DNA of 61,050 bases from a virus (lineage: Duplodnaviria; Caudoviricetes), in IMG/VR virus record IMGVR_UViG_3300032075_000002, positions 1-61,050 of that record, one strand, 5' to 3'. The notes under the pieces are model-generated. The model was not told the DNA's origin, did no database searches, and saw nothing but the letters and a program-made list of their open reading frames with translations. This document shows positions 1-8,940 of the stretch, in pieces; position 1 is the stretch's first letter, and the number at the start of each line of letters is the position of its first letter. The translations under genes and the position numbers were made by a program.

Positions 1-127
1 GCGACCTAGCCGACATCCTGCCTATTGGAAGACAGACCATCACACGAAACCCCCAGTCGGATGGACCGCTGACCGCCGTGGTGGTCTAAGCCCAACTCGC
101 TGGGGGTTCGTGTAGCTCGACTACTCC
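1..127. repeat. Terminal direct repeat (identical to 60924-61050); circular assembly overlap
   Basis: First 127 nt match the last 127 nt exactly; 127 is a common assembler k-mer, so the genome is about 60,923 bp, circularly permuted or circularised. Confidence 0.95.
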
Positions 128-194
128 CCTGGTTTTCGGTGCCATGGTGGACACGTACTCACGCTGGTTTCGGCGAGGGATCCAGACTAACACA

Positions 195-3167
195 TCACGC
201 GACGAGGATGTCCTCGAACAGCGGCGTGGTGTTCGCCACAGTCACCGACCCCGGGCTGACGTGCCAGAACTTGTTGTTCCGGTACGTCGTGTCCGACGTG
301 CTGGCCACGAAGGGGGCGCCGACGCCGTCCAGCCGGGTGCAGGTGATCGTGGTCGGCGAGACCGCGACCTCGAAGTCCATCTTCGCTCCGGCGATGGGCG
401 TCACCGTGGAGACCGATGCAAGCTGCACACCAGTGGTCACGCCCGCGTCGTGGCGGAAAATCTGCATCGTTCCGTTGTTGCGGAAGACGATGTGGTATCC
501 GCCGGTCGGGTTCGCCGCCGAGAAGATGTACGCCCGGTCATCGCTCTTCTCGAAGGCGATGCCGGAGTGGAGGTTGGTTCCCGGGATCGACGCCCACGTG
601 AAGCTGAACCTGATGGTGTACGTGGTGCTGGCGGCGGGGATCTTGTGCTTCCCCATCAGCACCGCGTTGTTCGGGATCTGGCTGATGTACGCCCGCGCGC
701 TCGCGTCGTACTTCAGCGAGTAGTTCGGGTTCGTCGCATCGACACCGATGTACCCGCCGGTGTTGATCTTCGTGTGGAACTGGTCGGCCGGGACGTTGTT
801 GTTGCTGACGTTCAGATAGCCCCACCGCGACTGCATGAGACCACGCACACCCAGGCCGGTGAACCGGGTGACGTCGTAGAAGCGGTGGACCTCCCAGACC
901 ATGACGGCCTTGCCACCCGGACGCGCGATGACCTCCAGGATCTTGGCGTCGGTCGCCGTGTGCGGGACACCCCAGAAGTCGGTGTTCGCATCGTGCGGGT
1001 CCATCTGGAGCATCGTGGTCGTCGCGTCGATGTACGACCAGACGCGCATCCCCTTGCTCTGTGCCCACGCCTTCGTGGTGTTGGTGTAGTACACCTTCCA
1101 GATCACCTGGTCGGCGATGTCCGGGTACTTGTCCTCCAGCCACCCGCCGGTCAGCTTGGCGCTGGCCGCGTTGGTCTTGGGCTCCAGGAAGATGACGACC
1201 TTGCCCATGAAGGCGTCGAGCACGTCACCCAGCTTGGGGATCGTGACGTACGGCCAGCCGTCACCGAGGTGGTCCTTGCCGTTGACCTTGACGATGTTCG
1301 AAAGCTGCGCGTACGTGTAGTCCTGGCAGCTTCCCGAATAGTCGGTCATGCGGTCGAGGCTGGTGTCGTGGAAGCACACCAGGATGCCGTCGCTGGTGAT
1401 GTCGCACGACACCTCGATCGCCGGAGCACCAGCGGCCACCGCCTGGCTGTACGCCTCCATGGTGTGCTCGGGACCGAAGTCCGAGCCAGCACCTCGGTGG
1501 GCACAGGTGAACGGGTTGAGATTCAGGTAGTCGGTGACGGATGCCGTCGGCCGCTCCACCTGCCTGCCGTCGATGGTCAGGTCGCCGAAGTCCCAGGTGT
1601 CCGGGCTCGTCATGTGTCCGACGCCATCACGCTCAAGGCGCACGTCGGTGGTGACGTTGCCGTCACCCCACTCCAGCCCGCCGCCCGCGTCCACCTGGAA
1701 CCGCTCGAAGCTGTCCAGGTCCACGTGGACCCCGATGGCCTTCAGGCCGCTCGTGAGCCGCTCGAAGGTGACCGGCCCGGTGAAGTCCGCCCCGGCCAGC
1801 AGCGCGTACTGTGCGAGCGCGTCAGCCGTGTTGGTGGGGCCGGTGCCGAACTTCGCGGCGGGCACGAACCGCGCGTCCGAGGACAGCGTCAGGTTGGTGG
1901 CCGTCCGGCGGACCGCGATGTAGCCGACCAGGACGGCCGACGTACCCAGCGCCGGGTTGGAGATGTGGTTCTCCAGGGTGATCGCCGCAGCAGCCTGGTC
2001 CAGCGTGGTGTAGACCGTCTGTCCGTACTCGATGAACATCTGGTCCTGCGCGACGTTGCTGGGGAACATCCACACGCGCTGGATCGTGCTGGAGTTAGCG
2101 CCGCCGCCCACGTTGGTGAGCACGCCGTTGTTGTCGTACTGCGCCACGTTCAGCGTGTTCACGACCGTACCGATGAGGGAGGTCGTGTTGCGCAGGAGGT
2201 ACCGGAACTGGCAGGGGTCCTGTGCAAAGCTGGCCGAGACGTGGGGATCGGCCGTCAGCACGTCGTCCGCGAAGCGGTTGAAGCCTCGCGAGAAGATGTG
2301 ACCGGCGGTGTTCTTGATCTGGAGGTTGCCCGGCGTGTGTGCGGAGATCCGGTTGCCGTCGATGGAGAAGGCACCCAGCGCGTCCATCAGGTCCACGAGC
2401 TGGTTCCCCGTGTGGGGAAGGATGACCGGGATGGACTGGCAGGCGAAGATGACGCCCGTCGCCTGTGCCGTCACACCGAGGACGATGTTCTCGCGGCGCT
2501 GCGAGTTGGTCGGCCGCGAGTGCTGCTGAACGACATCACCATTGATGTCCACCATCCACCACGTGATAGCGGCGGCGGTGCTGGTCAGCGCCACCGTCTG
2601 CGGCAGCAGGTTGATCTGAGTGATCTCCGGGTTGAACGGGTCGGTGATGTAGTCAGCGATGACACCGTGGAGTTCGCCGATGTCCACGGACAGCGGGTCG
2701 CCGACGTTCACGTTCATCTCGCCGCCGGTCAGGATGCCGGTGGTGAATCCCACCAGCTCCGCACCAAGACCGGGGTCACCCTGCGGTCCTTCCGGCCCCG
2801 GCACAGGGACGTACAGGACGTCGCTCACCAGGACAGGCTGGATGTCCGACAGCTCCAGGGTGCCGACGCCTTCCGGCACCTCGAACATGTAGGAGTTCCA
2901 GTCACCGTTGATGAACTCCTTGATGCACCACAGGCGTCCATCGGCAGGCAGGACTCCGTCGGCATCCGTGCACACGAGGGTGACGGTGACCTCACCGGTG
3001 GAGTTCAGTGCGAACTGACCACCTCCCGTGAGGATTTGGTCGTTGTTCGTATCGGTCCAGCGGGCCGGTACGGGCTCCAGGATGACGAAGTCATCGGCGG
3101 TGTACGGAGCACCAGTTGCCGGGTTGACCCACTTTCCGTGGATCACCCGCGTGGTGGGCAGTGCCAT
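195..3167 (-). CDS. Fibre/minor structural protein with glycerophosphodiester phosphodiesterase (GDPD) domain
   Basis: 990 aa, RBS AAAGGAGG. Phage structural-type N-terminus with a short GPxGPxG collagen-like stretch. GDPD motifs AHRG...PEHT, IEVSC-DITSDG-LVCFHD and FLEPK. Beta-rich C-terminal domain. Confidence 0.8.
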   Translation of the reverse strand: MALPTTRVIHGKWVNPATGAPYTADDFVILEPVPARWTDTNNDQILTGGGQFALNSTGEVTVTLVCTDADGVLPADGRLWCIKEFINGDWNSYMFEVPEGVGTLELSDIQPVLVSDVLYVPVPGPEGPQGDPGLGAELVGFTTGILTGGEMNVNVGDPLSVDIGELHGVIADYITDPFNPEITQINLLPQTVALTSTAAAITWWMVDINGDVVQQHSRPTNSQRRENIVLGVTAQATGVIFACQSIPVILPHTGNQLVDLMDALGAFSIDGNRISAHTPGNLQIKNTAGHIFSRGFNRFADDVLTADPHVSASFAQDPCQFRYLLRNTTSLIGTVVNTLNVAQYDNNGVLTNVGGGANSSTIQRVWMFPSNVAQDQMFIEYGQTVYTTLDQAAAAITLENHISNPALGTSAVLVGYIAVRRTATNLTLSSDARFVPAAKFGTGPTNTADALAQYALLAGADFTGPVTFERLTSGLKAIGVHVDLDSFERFQVDAGGGLEWGDGNVTTDVRLERDGVGHMTSPDTWDFGDLTIDGRQVERPTASVTDYLNLNPFTCAHRGAGSDFGPEHTMEAYSQAVAAGAPAIEVSCDITSDGILVCFHDTSLDRMTDYSGSCQDYTYAQLSNIVKVNGKDHLGDGWPYVTIPKLGDVLDAFMGKVVIFLEPKTNAASAKLTGGWLEDKYPDIADQVIWKVYYTNTTKAWAQSKGMRVWSYIDATTTMLQMDPHDANTDFWGVPHTATDAKILEVIARPGGKAVMVWEVHRFYDVTRFTGLGVRGLMQSRWGYLNVSNNNVPADQFHTKINTGGYIGVDATNPNYSLKYDASARAYISQIPNNAVLMGKHKIPAASTTYTIRFSFTWASIPGTNLHSGIAFEKSDDRAYIFSAANPTGGYHIVFRNNGTMQIFRHDAGVTTGVQLASVSTVTPIAGAKMDFEVAVSPTTITCTRLDGVGAPFVASTSDTTYRNNKFWHVSPGSVTVANTTPLFEDILVA

Positions 3168-3327
3168 GTGGCCTCCTTTGTCCAGGTCATCGTATCTTCC
3201 TGGCCAAGCCGACCGCGACGATCAGCAACCTTTACCAATTCGTTACCAACGGGGTGTACTCATTTCACCTCGCAAGGTACGAACATTCTCCCACGATGTA
3301 CCATGAAGTCCGTTTTGATCGGTATGG

Positions 3328-3400
3328 TAGACTCAGAGCGTCTGGACCCGTCCAGATGAGGCGCCCAGGCGCCTCACCGCTTCGCGGCGCTCAGAGTCTA
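3328..3400. repeat. Spacer-less four-way palindromic (cloverleaf) structure
   Basis: Outer inverted repeat TAGACTCAGAGCG / CGCTCAGAGTCTA (1 mismatch) encloses three abutting hairpins: TCTGGAC-CC-GTCCAGA, TGAGGCGC-CCAG-GCGCCTCA, CCGC-TTC-GCGG. Confidence 0.85.
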
Positions 3401-3404
3401 ACGA

Positions 3405-3565
3405 TACGAGCGCAACAAAGTGGGGTAAATCGGACAGGGATTTAGGGCCAAATCTAAGATTCTGGATCCTATTTCAAGGGTATTGAATTAGCTAATTCAA
3501 CCCCCAGGCAATCACAATTCAACTTCGCCGATCCGAAATCATCACCCGCCACAGTGAATTAGCGC
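3405..3565. other. AT-rich non-coding island with GAATTAG/CTAATTC motifs
   Basis: Visible AT enrichment; TGAATTAG-CTAATTCA palindrome at ~3484-3499; motifs shared with 48270-49160. Confidence 0.7.
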
Positions 3566-3702
3566 CGATTCACTGGAGGATTTCGGATTGGCCTCCGGCT
3601 CACGGAGGGCGACCTGGCCGTTTGCTCCGGCGGCCGGTAGCCTGGCCCCCATCGCAACCTCCCCGGTCGCGGTGGCCGCCCTTGTCCGTGGGCATCCGAC
3701 AG

Positions 3703-3749
3703 AGAGCCCCTCCTGTGCCGTTCCCGAGGCCGCACAGGAGGGGCTTTCT
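3703..3749 (+). terminator. Intrinsic terminator-like hairpin
   Basis: AGCCCCTCCTGTGC...GCACAGGAGGGGCT followed by TTCT. Confidence 0.6.
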
Positions 3750-3792
3750 GCTGCCCAGGATGTACGCTGTCATCAACCGAAGGAGGTGTGCT

Positions 3793-4275
3793 ATGGCCGA
3801 CGTCAGCCCGCCGAACTACAGCACAGCAGTGGGCAGGGTGCGCGCCCTGATCCCCGATATCGAGCAGGTGGACTGGGAGTCCGACGGCAATCCGTCGTAC
3901 ATGTTCAGCGACAGCCACCTCGCCGGATTCCTCGCGCTGTACGGCGCGGACCCCGGGACCTGCGGAGCCACGGCCGGAGTCGAGCTGACGGCGAAGATCC
4001 GTCACGCTGCGGCCGACGCGGTTGAGGCCATCGCGGTGTCCGAGGCACTGATCTCCAAGGTCGTCAAGACCGAAGACCTCCAAACAGATGGCGCGAAGAC
4101 CGCCAACGCTCTCCTCGGACGGGCCGGACTGCTTCGTCGGCAGGCTGCCAAGGAAGAGGAGCAGGAGGACCTGGAGACCGCGTTCACCGTGGTGGACTTC
4201 CACCCGTCGCGGAACCACTGCGAGCCCCCGCGAGTACCGAACACCCCCGAGTACCTCTACTGGCGCAACGTCTAA
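3793..4275 (+). CDS. Head-to-tail adaptor
   Basis: RBS AGGAGG; N-terminal NYSTAVGRVRALIPD and xTEDLQTDG motifs typical of actinophage adaptors; synteny after capsid. Confidence 0.75.
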   Translation: MADVSPPNYSTAVGRVRALIPDIEQVDWESDGNPSYMFSDSHLAGFLALYGADPGTCGATAGVELTAKIRHAAADAVEAIAVSEALISKVVKTEDLQTDGAKTANALLGRAGLLRRQAAKEEEQEDLETAFTVVDFHPSRNHCEPPRVPNTPEYLYWRNV

Positions 4276-4284
4276 GGGATCACC

Positions 4285-4905
4285 ATGGCGAACATGCAGG
4301 ACATCATCGACTCGTGGAACGTGGCTGCCGTCAAGGAACCCGAGGCCATCCACCCCTTCCGCAACGTCAGTGAGCTGGCGTACTGGGAGAGCGGTCGTCT
4401 CCAGGCTCAGTCCATGGGGCACCTGGTCAACAAGGACGACGTCATCCTGGACATGGGATGCGGCGACGGCCGGGTGGCTCACGCCTTCCACGAGCGCGGG
4501 GTCAGCATCATCGGTGCTGACTCCTCGGAGAAGATGCTGGAGCGTCTCCAGAAGAAGTGCCCGGGGATGGAGACCATCATCTCCAACGGCGCCGATCTCC
4601 CCGAGGTGCTGGAGAACACCGGCCTCCCCAAGGTGGACATGCTGTACTGCCTGGCGGTACTCATCCATCACGACTGGAAGTCCGGGGTCGCGATGATCCA
4701 GGGCATGGCCGAAGCGGTCAAGCCTGGTGGTTACCTGGTGCTCGACTGGCCGACGGCGACCGACACCCTCGCTCGCGAGCGTACGTGGTGGTGCGACGTG
4801 ACCACCTGGGACGCCAAGGCGCAGGCCGCCATCGCCGAGCACTGCGGGCTGGTTCGCTGCGACGACGAACTCATGTGGGCCGTGTACCGGAAGGTGGGGA
4901 AGTAA
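4285..4905 (+). CDS. Class I SAM-dependent methyltransferase
   Basis: Motif I ILDMGCGDGR, GADSSEKML, VLIHH, KPGGYLVL. Confidence 0.85.
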   Translation: MANMQDIIDSWNVAAVKEPEAIHPFRNVSELAYWESGRLQAQSMGHLVNKDDVILDMGCGDGRVAHAFHERGVSIIGADSSEKMLERLQKKCPGMETIISNGADLPEVLENTGLPKVDMLYCLAVLIHHDWKSGVAMIQGMAEAVKPGGYLVLDWPTATDTLARERTWWCDVTTWDAKAQAAIAEHCGLVRCDDELMWAVYRKVGK

Positions 4906-5453
4906 TGCCGACGTCGATCGAAGAGGGCAAGGACTGGCTCACCGCGTTCTTCATGGCCAAGCAGCCATGGACCGTCTGCGACGTGGGCCCGGGAGAGGGC
5001 ACCTACGCCAAGCGGTGGCGGCCTCTGCACAAGGGGCTGTGGTGGACCGGCATCGAGGTGTGGAAGCCGTACATCGCCAAGTACAAGCTGAAGTCCACGA
5101 AGACCCGCGTCGCCTACGACGAGATCCACAACATCAACGCGCTCGATGCGCCGCTCCATCTTTTCCACCGGGACCTCGTGATCCTGGGGGACGTGCTGGA
5201 GCACATGAGCAAGGAGGACGCCGTCCGCCTGCTCAACCGCGTACACGAGGGCGGCGCGTGGAACATCGCGGTCTCTGTGCCGATCATCCACGCTCCCCAG
5301 GGCGCCGTGGAAGGCAACCCACACGAGGAGCACGTCCACCACTACACGGTCGAAGAGATGACCGAGATGCTGCTGGACTGCCTGCCCGGCGGAACCCTGC
5401 ACAAGGAGCCGCAGACGACCGTGGGTGTCTGGTGGTGGACGCGGTGGCACTGA
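4905..5453 (+). CDS. Class I SAM-dependent methyltransferase (second)
   Basis: TAATG coupling to previous gene; DVGPGEGTY, GIEVW, LVILGDVLEHM, NPHEEHV. Confidence 0.8.
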   Translation: MPTSIEEGKDWLTAFFMAKQPWTVCDVGPGEGTYAKRWRPLHKGLWWTGIEVWKPYIAKYKLKSTKTRVAYDEIHNINALDAPLHLFHRDLVILGDVLEHMSKEDAVRLLNRVHEGGAWNIAVSVPIIHAPQGAVEGNPHEEHVHHYTVEEMTEMLLDCLPGGTLHKEPQTTVGVWWWTRWH

Positions 5454-5467
5454 ACACCAGGGGTTCC

Positions 5468-5944
5468 ATGGATCCCCGCTGGCCGCTGCACCACCGCTCT
5501 GTGCCAGAGGGCTTCCAGGCGGCACAGGTGCTGATCGTCCGGCGTAGCGGCGGGGATCCGGTCTGGAACCCGATCACCGGCGAAGTGACTGGTGACAGCC
5601 TGACCACCATCTACTTCGGTCAAGCTCGCTGCCAGCCCAACAAGGACTGGCGAGCCCGGCGCCGCAACGGCGAGAACTCCCCGATGGTGCAGCACGCCAT
5701 GCGCGTGCAGATGCCTTCGAAGGAGTGCCCGCCGGTTCTGTGGGGCGACATCATCGCCACGTTCACCGATCCGTTCAACGACGACGGTGACCTGGAGCGC
5801 TACGTCATGCACGTCCGCAACCCCACCGAGTCCAGCAACACCTGGGGCCGGTCCGTCCTTTGCGACATGGACCTCACCGAGAACCGGCTGCTCTGGACTC
5901 AGCTCACTGCACTGGCAATCGCGGCAGGATGGGAGGGCCCCTGA
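5468..5944 (+). CDS. Head-to-tail stopper (head closure protein)
   Basis: MDPRW..., WNPITG, IYFGQARCQP pattern; neck-module position. Confidence 0.65.
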   Translation: MDPRWPLHHRSVPEGFQAAQVLIVRRSGGDPVWNPITGEVTGDSLTTIYFGQARCQPNKDWRARRRNGENSPMVQHAMRVQMPSKECPPVLWGDIIATFTDPFNDDGDLERYVMHVRNPTESSNTWGRSVLCDMDLTENRLLWTQLTALAIAAGWEGP

Positions 5945-6354
5945 TGGCAAGGATCAACTGGAACTACAACTACACCAGCAGGCTCGCCCCCGCCTCGAAG
6001 ATGTACTACAACAACCGAGGCGGCCGGGACGATGTCCGTCTGACCGCGTTCGTCATCGACCACCTGAACCGCTCGCGGTCCCAGGTGGAGAGGAACATGT
6101 CCAACATCCTCGGCGTTGCCGTGGTGGACGTGAAGGCCAGGTCCCGAGTGGACACCGGCCGGATGCGCCGACTGGTCCACGGCACCAAGGACTTCAAGTC
6201 GGACATCATCAAGATCAGCTTCGGCTGGAAAGAGTGGGCGCCGTTCTACGCTCCGTTCCAGGAGTTCGGAACGAGCAACGGGATCACCCCGATGCGCGCC
6301 GTCCACACCGCGTACAGGCGAGCCCTGGCATCGACAAGGAGTGCCATCAAATGA
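5944..6354 (+). CDS. HK97 gp10-like neck/tail completion protein
   Basis: RVDTGRMRR and YAPFQEFGT motifs; TGATG coupling. Confidence 0.75.
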   Translation: MARINWNYNYTSRLAPASKMYYNNRGGRDDVRLTAFVIDHLNRSRSQVERNMSNILGVAVVDVKARSRVDTGRMRRLVHGTKDFKSDIIKISFGWKEWAPFYAPFQEFGTSNGITPMRAVHTAYRRALASTRSAIK

Positions 6355-6794
6355 GGCTTCTCCCTTGGCAGGACAGCGTCATGGCCCGCCTGAACGCGGT
6401 GCTGCCGGATCACATCCCGATCAAAGATGGCGGCTACGACGAGCCGGACGCGACCAGCAAGCTGACCAACGGCATGATTGCGCCGTACGTGCTGGTCTGG
6501 TTCGGTGGATCCATCGACGCCGGTCCTGGCCACGCGGGCATCTGCGGAGTCAACAAGGCCACCCGGCTGGGGCTCATCCACATCGAGTGTGTGGGAACCC
6601 TCATGAACCACGCCCGAGTCCTCGGAGATGAGGTAAGGGAAGCACTGGTCGGCTTCATACCGACTGGTGGCGGAGAGCTGGAAGAGGATGGAGCACCGAC
6701 TATCCGGAACCCCATCAGCACGACGACCGGCGTTGACGTCCGGTACTCGTACCCGCTCGCCTTCACCGGGATCGTGAACACCACGACCGCGTGA
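6351..6794 (+). CDS. Tail terminator
   Basis: PYVLVW motif, size and position before major tail; ATGA overlap. Confidence 0.65.
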   Translation: MRLLPWQDSVMARLNAVLPDHIPIKDGGYDEPDATSKLTNGMIAPYVLVWFGGSIDAGPGHAGICGVNKATRLGLIHIECVGTLMNHARVLGDEVREALVGFIPTGGGELEEDGAPTIRNPISTTTGVDVRYSYPLAFTGIVNTTTA

Positions 6795-6871
6795 TACCGA
6801 GTACGATGGCCCAAAGAGGAGCCCCCGCAGCCGGTGACACGGCTCGGGGGCGCGGACGAAGGAGTCTCGTC

Positions 6872-7306
6872 ATGAGGAAGCGTACCCTAGCCGAACGGCT
6901 GTGGGAGAAGGTCAACAAGACCGACACCTGCTGGCTCTGGACGGCCAGCACGAACAGCGCAGGCTACGGCCACATCAAGGACGAGGAGGACCGGCTCGTG
7001 CGAGCACACCGGGTTGCCTACGCCCTTGAGGTCGGGCCCATTCCGGAAGGACTGGATCTCGACCACCTGTGCCGCGTACGCCACTGTGTCCGGCCGTCTC
7101 ACCTGGAGCCGGTCACCCGCAGGGAGAACACGCTACGTGGGGAAACCCTCGCGGCAGCGAACGCCCAGAAGACCCAATGTTCCAAGGGTCATGAGTACGA
7201 CGAGGCCAACACCATCGTCCAGGGTGATGGCAAGCGGCGCTGCCGCAAGTGCAGGAACATACAGCGACGGGCCCGTCGCTCCTACAAGGTAAGCGAGGAA
7301 CGCTAA
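6872..7306 (+). CDS. Free-standing HNH homing endonuclease
   Basis: CWLWT...GYG...AHRVAY...LDHLC...CVRPSHLEPVT.REN plus C-terminal CSKGH...CRKC zinc motif. Confidence 0.9.
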   Translation: MRKRTLAERLWEKVNKTDTCWLWTASTNSAGYGHIKDEEDRLVRAHRVAYALEVGPIPEGLDLDHLCRVRHCVRPSHLEPVTRRENTLRGETLAAANAQKTQCSKGHEYDEANTIVQGDGKRRCRKCRNIQRRARRSYKVSEER

Positions 7307-7824
7307 TGCCCACGAAGATGCTCCCTCCCAATGTCTCGGTATGGTGGGTGCCGAGCACCCCGGGGATCGATGACATCGACGCGCCGACGGCCGCCGAGAT
7401 CAACGCGGGGACGAACATCTCCTGCGCGATCGTGGACCCCTACACCCTCGGGTGGACGGACCGCGACACCGACGACTCGGCCTCGATCTGCGACGACTCC
7501 AACGTCGAGACCCCGACCCGCAAGAACTACGAGGGCGACCTCACGTTCTTCCGCGACGCCAACATGAGCGATGTGGCCTCGGTGTTCAACATCGCGGCCG
7601 ACCTCTTCAAGACGCCGCTTCAGCAGGGCTACCTGGTGCAGCGCATCGGCAAGAACCCGAACACCTTCCCGACCGCCGCAGCGGGCGATGAGGTGTCCGT
7701 GTTCCTCTTCCTGTCCGGCGACCCCAACATCGTCAAGGACAACGACGCGCCGGTCCAGATGCAGGTCCGCTTCTACGCCCAGGGCCAGTCGTCCAACGGC
7801 CTGGTCGACGTCGTCGCCTCCTGA
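7306..7824 (+). CDS. Major tail protein
   Basis: VWWV...APTAAEINAG.NISCAI, NYEGDLTFFRD, GYLVQRIGK motifs. Confidence 0.85.
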   Translation: MPTKMLPPNVSVWWVPSTPGIDDIDAPTAAEINAGTNISCAIVDPYTLGWTDRDTDDSASICDDSNVETPTRKNYEGDLTFFRDANMSDVASVFNIAADLFKTPLQQGYLVQRIGKNPNTFPTAAAGDEVSVFLFLSGDPNIVKDNDAPVQMQVRFYAQGQSSNGLVDVVAS

Positions 7825-7859
7825 CCCACCAACCACCAACCAGCTAGGGGATCACCAGC

Positions 7860-8552
7860 ATGGCAGAGAACGGACTGGTCGTCGGCACCGCCGAAGGCCA
7901 CAAGGTCGAGAACGACAAGCACATCGAGGTACCTTCCTCCGCGCCGGTCGCCGGTACCTTCTCGCTCACGGACTTCGTCCAGGAGAAGGCCACGACGCCG
8001 GTCGTCAAGGTCACCGTCTTCCTGGACGCTGACGGCGGTAAGCAGCTCTTCGCCGCCGAGCAGCGCAAGGAGGCCACGGAGAACCGGCTGAACGAACTCC
8101 GTGGTCTTCCCAAGGAGAAGCTCGCCGTCGGCGAGGTCTCCAGCCGGATGGCGGAGGCGGAGAAGCTGGAGGCGGAACTCCTCGTTGCGCTGGAGAACAT
8201 CAACGTCCTCCAGCAGCGGGTCGCGTCCTCTGCCCTGCTGGTGCAGCTCCAGGTCAAGGACACCCACGCCAGCGAGAAGGTGCGGGCGGAGGTCGAGGAA
8301 GCCCTCGGTCCGAACCCCGACCCCAACGAGCTGGAAGAGCGGTTCATGACGCTCTTCATCGCGACCACGTGTGTAAGCATCACGCGGTCCAACGGAGACG
8401 TCATCCAGGGCCCTGTGCCGTACGAGGACATGGCCGCTCTGCGCGGCGGGCTCATCGTCACCGAGAACGCCAAGCTGGTCCAGGGTGCGTACGAGGCCCT
8501 GAACCTCAACAGCGAATGGCTCGCCAACGTCGATGCCGGGTTTCCTGGCTGA
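7860..8552 (+). CDS. Tail assembly chaperone (gpG-like)
   Basis: Between major tail and tape measure; ends DAGFPG at GGG TTT CCT. Confidence 0.75.
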   Translation: MAENGLVVGTAEGHKVENDKHIEVPSSAPVAGTFSLTDFVQEKATTPVVKVTVFLDADGGKQLFAAEQRKEATENRLNELRGLPKEKLAVGEVSSRMAEAEKLEAELLVALENINVLQQRVASSALLVQLQVKDTHASEKVRAEVEEALGPNPDPNELEERFMTLFIATTCVSITRSNGDVIQGPVPYEDMAALRGGLIVTENAKLVQGAYEALNLNSEWLANVDAGFPG

Positions 8553-8940
8553 GTCTCTGACGTGGCCGGAGAACCGGCACTTCGTCACAGCACTCAAGAC
8601 CGCTCGAAGCTGGGGCGTACCACCCCTGACCATCATGACTGGTGATGAGCAGGGGTGGACGTCTATCAATAGGAAGTTGGCGCAGTCGCTCACCGTCCTC
8701 GAAGAAGAGGCGTGCGGATCCTGCAAGACCCCGCTGTGGTACGCGTACTCCACCAACAACCATATCCAGTTCGAAGTCAAGACCAGTCACTGCTACTCAT
8801 GCGCCGCCCTTGAGAAGTACAGGGAGGAGCACAAGAAGGAAGCGAAGCCGGGGCAGATCCACTACGTCAAGCCGACGAACATCTTCCCCGAGGAGCCTCT
8901 GCCAAGTAGGTACGAGTCCTACATGAGGGAATCTAGATGA
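8533..8940 (+). CDS. Tail assembly chaperone, second ORF (gpT-like; probably reached by frameshift)
   Basis: Overlaps the 3' end of the chaperone with no obvious RBS; CGSC...CYSC motif; ATGA-coupled to tape measure. Confidence 0.65.
   Translation: MPGFLAESLTWPENRHFVTALKTARSWGVPPLTIMTGDEQGWTSINRKLAQSLTVLEEEACGSCKTPLWYAYSTNNHIQFEVKTSHCYSCAALEKYREEHKKEAKPGQIHYVKPTNIFPEEPLPSRYESYMRESR

Noticed and set aside
144-3359. 1071-aa + strand ORF and similar long ORFs (9000-11048, 14259-16514, 16623-19520, 50336-53095 and others)
   Set aside because: Antisense or shadow frames of real genes, expected in high-GC DNA; Arg/Val/Gly-rich with no motifs or RBS
3648-3690. HDV/theta ribozyme suggested by CCTCCCCG
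   Set aside because: Pairing is simply nested; P1/P2 pseudoknot partners not found
6795-7306. Group I intron around the HNH gene
   Set aside because: Flanking genes are intact and there is no room for an intron core
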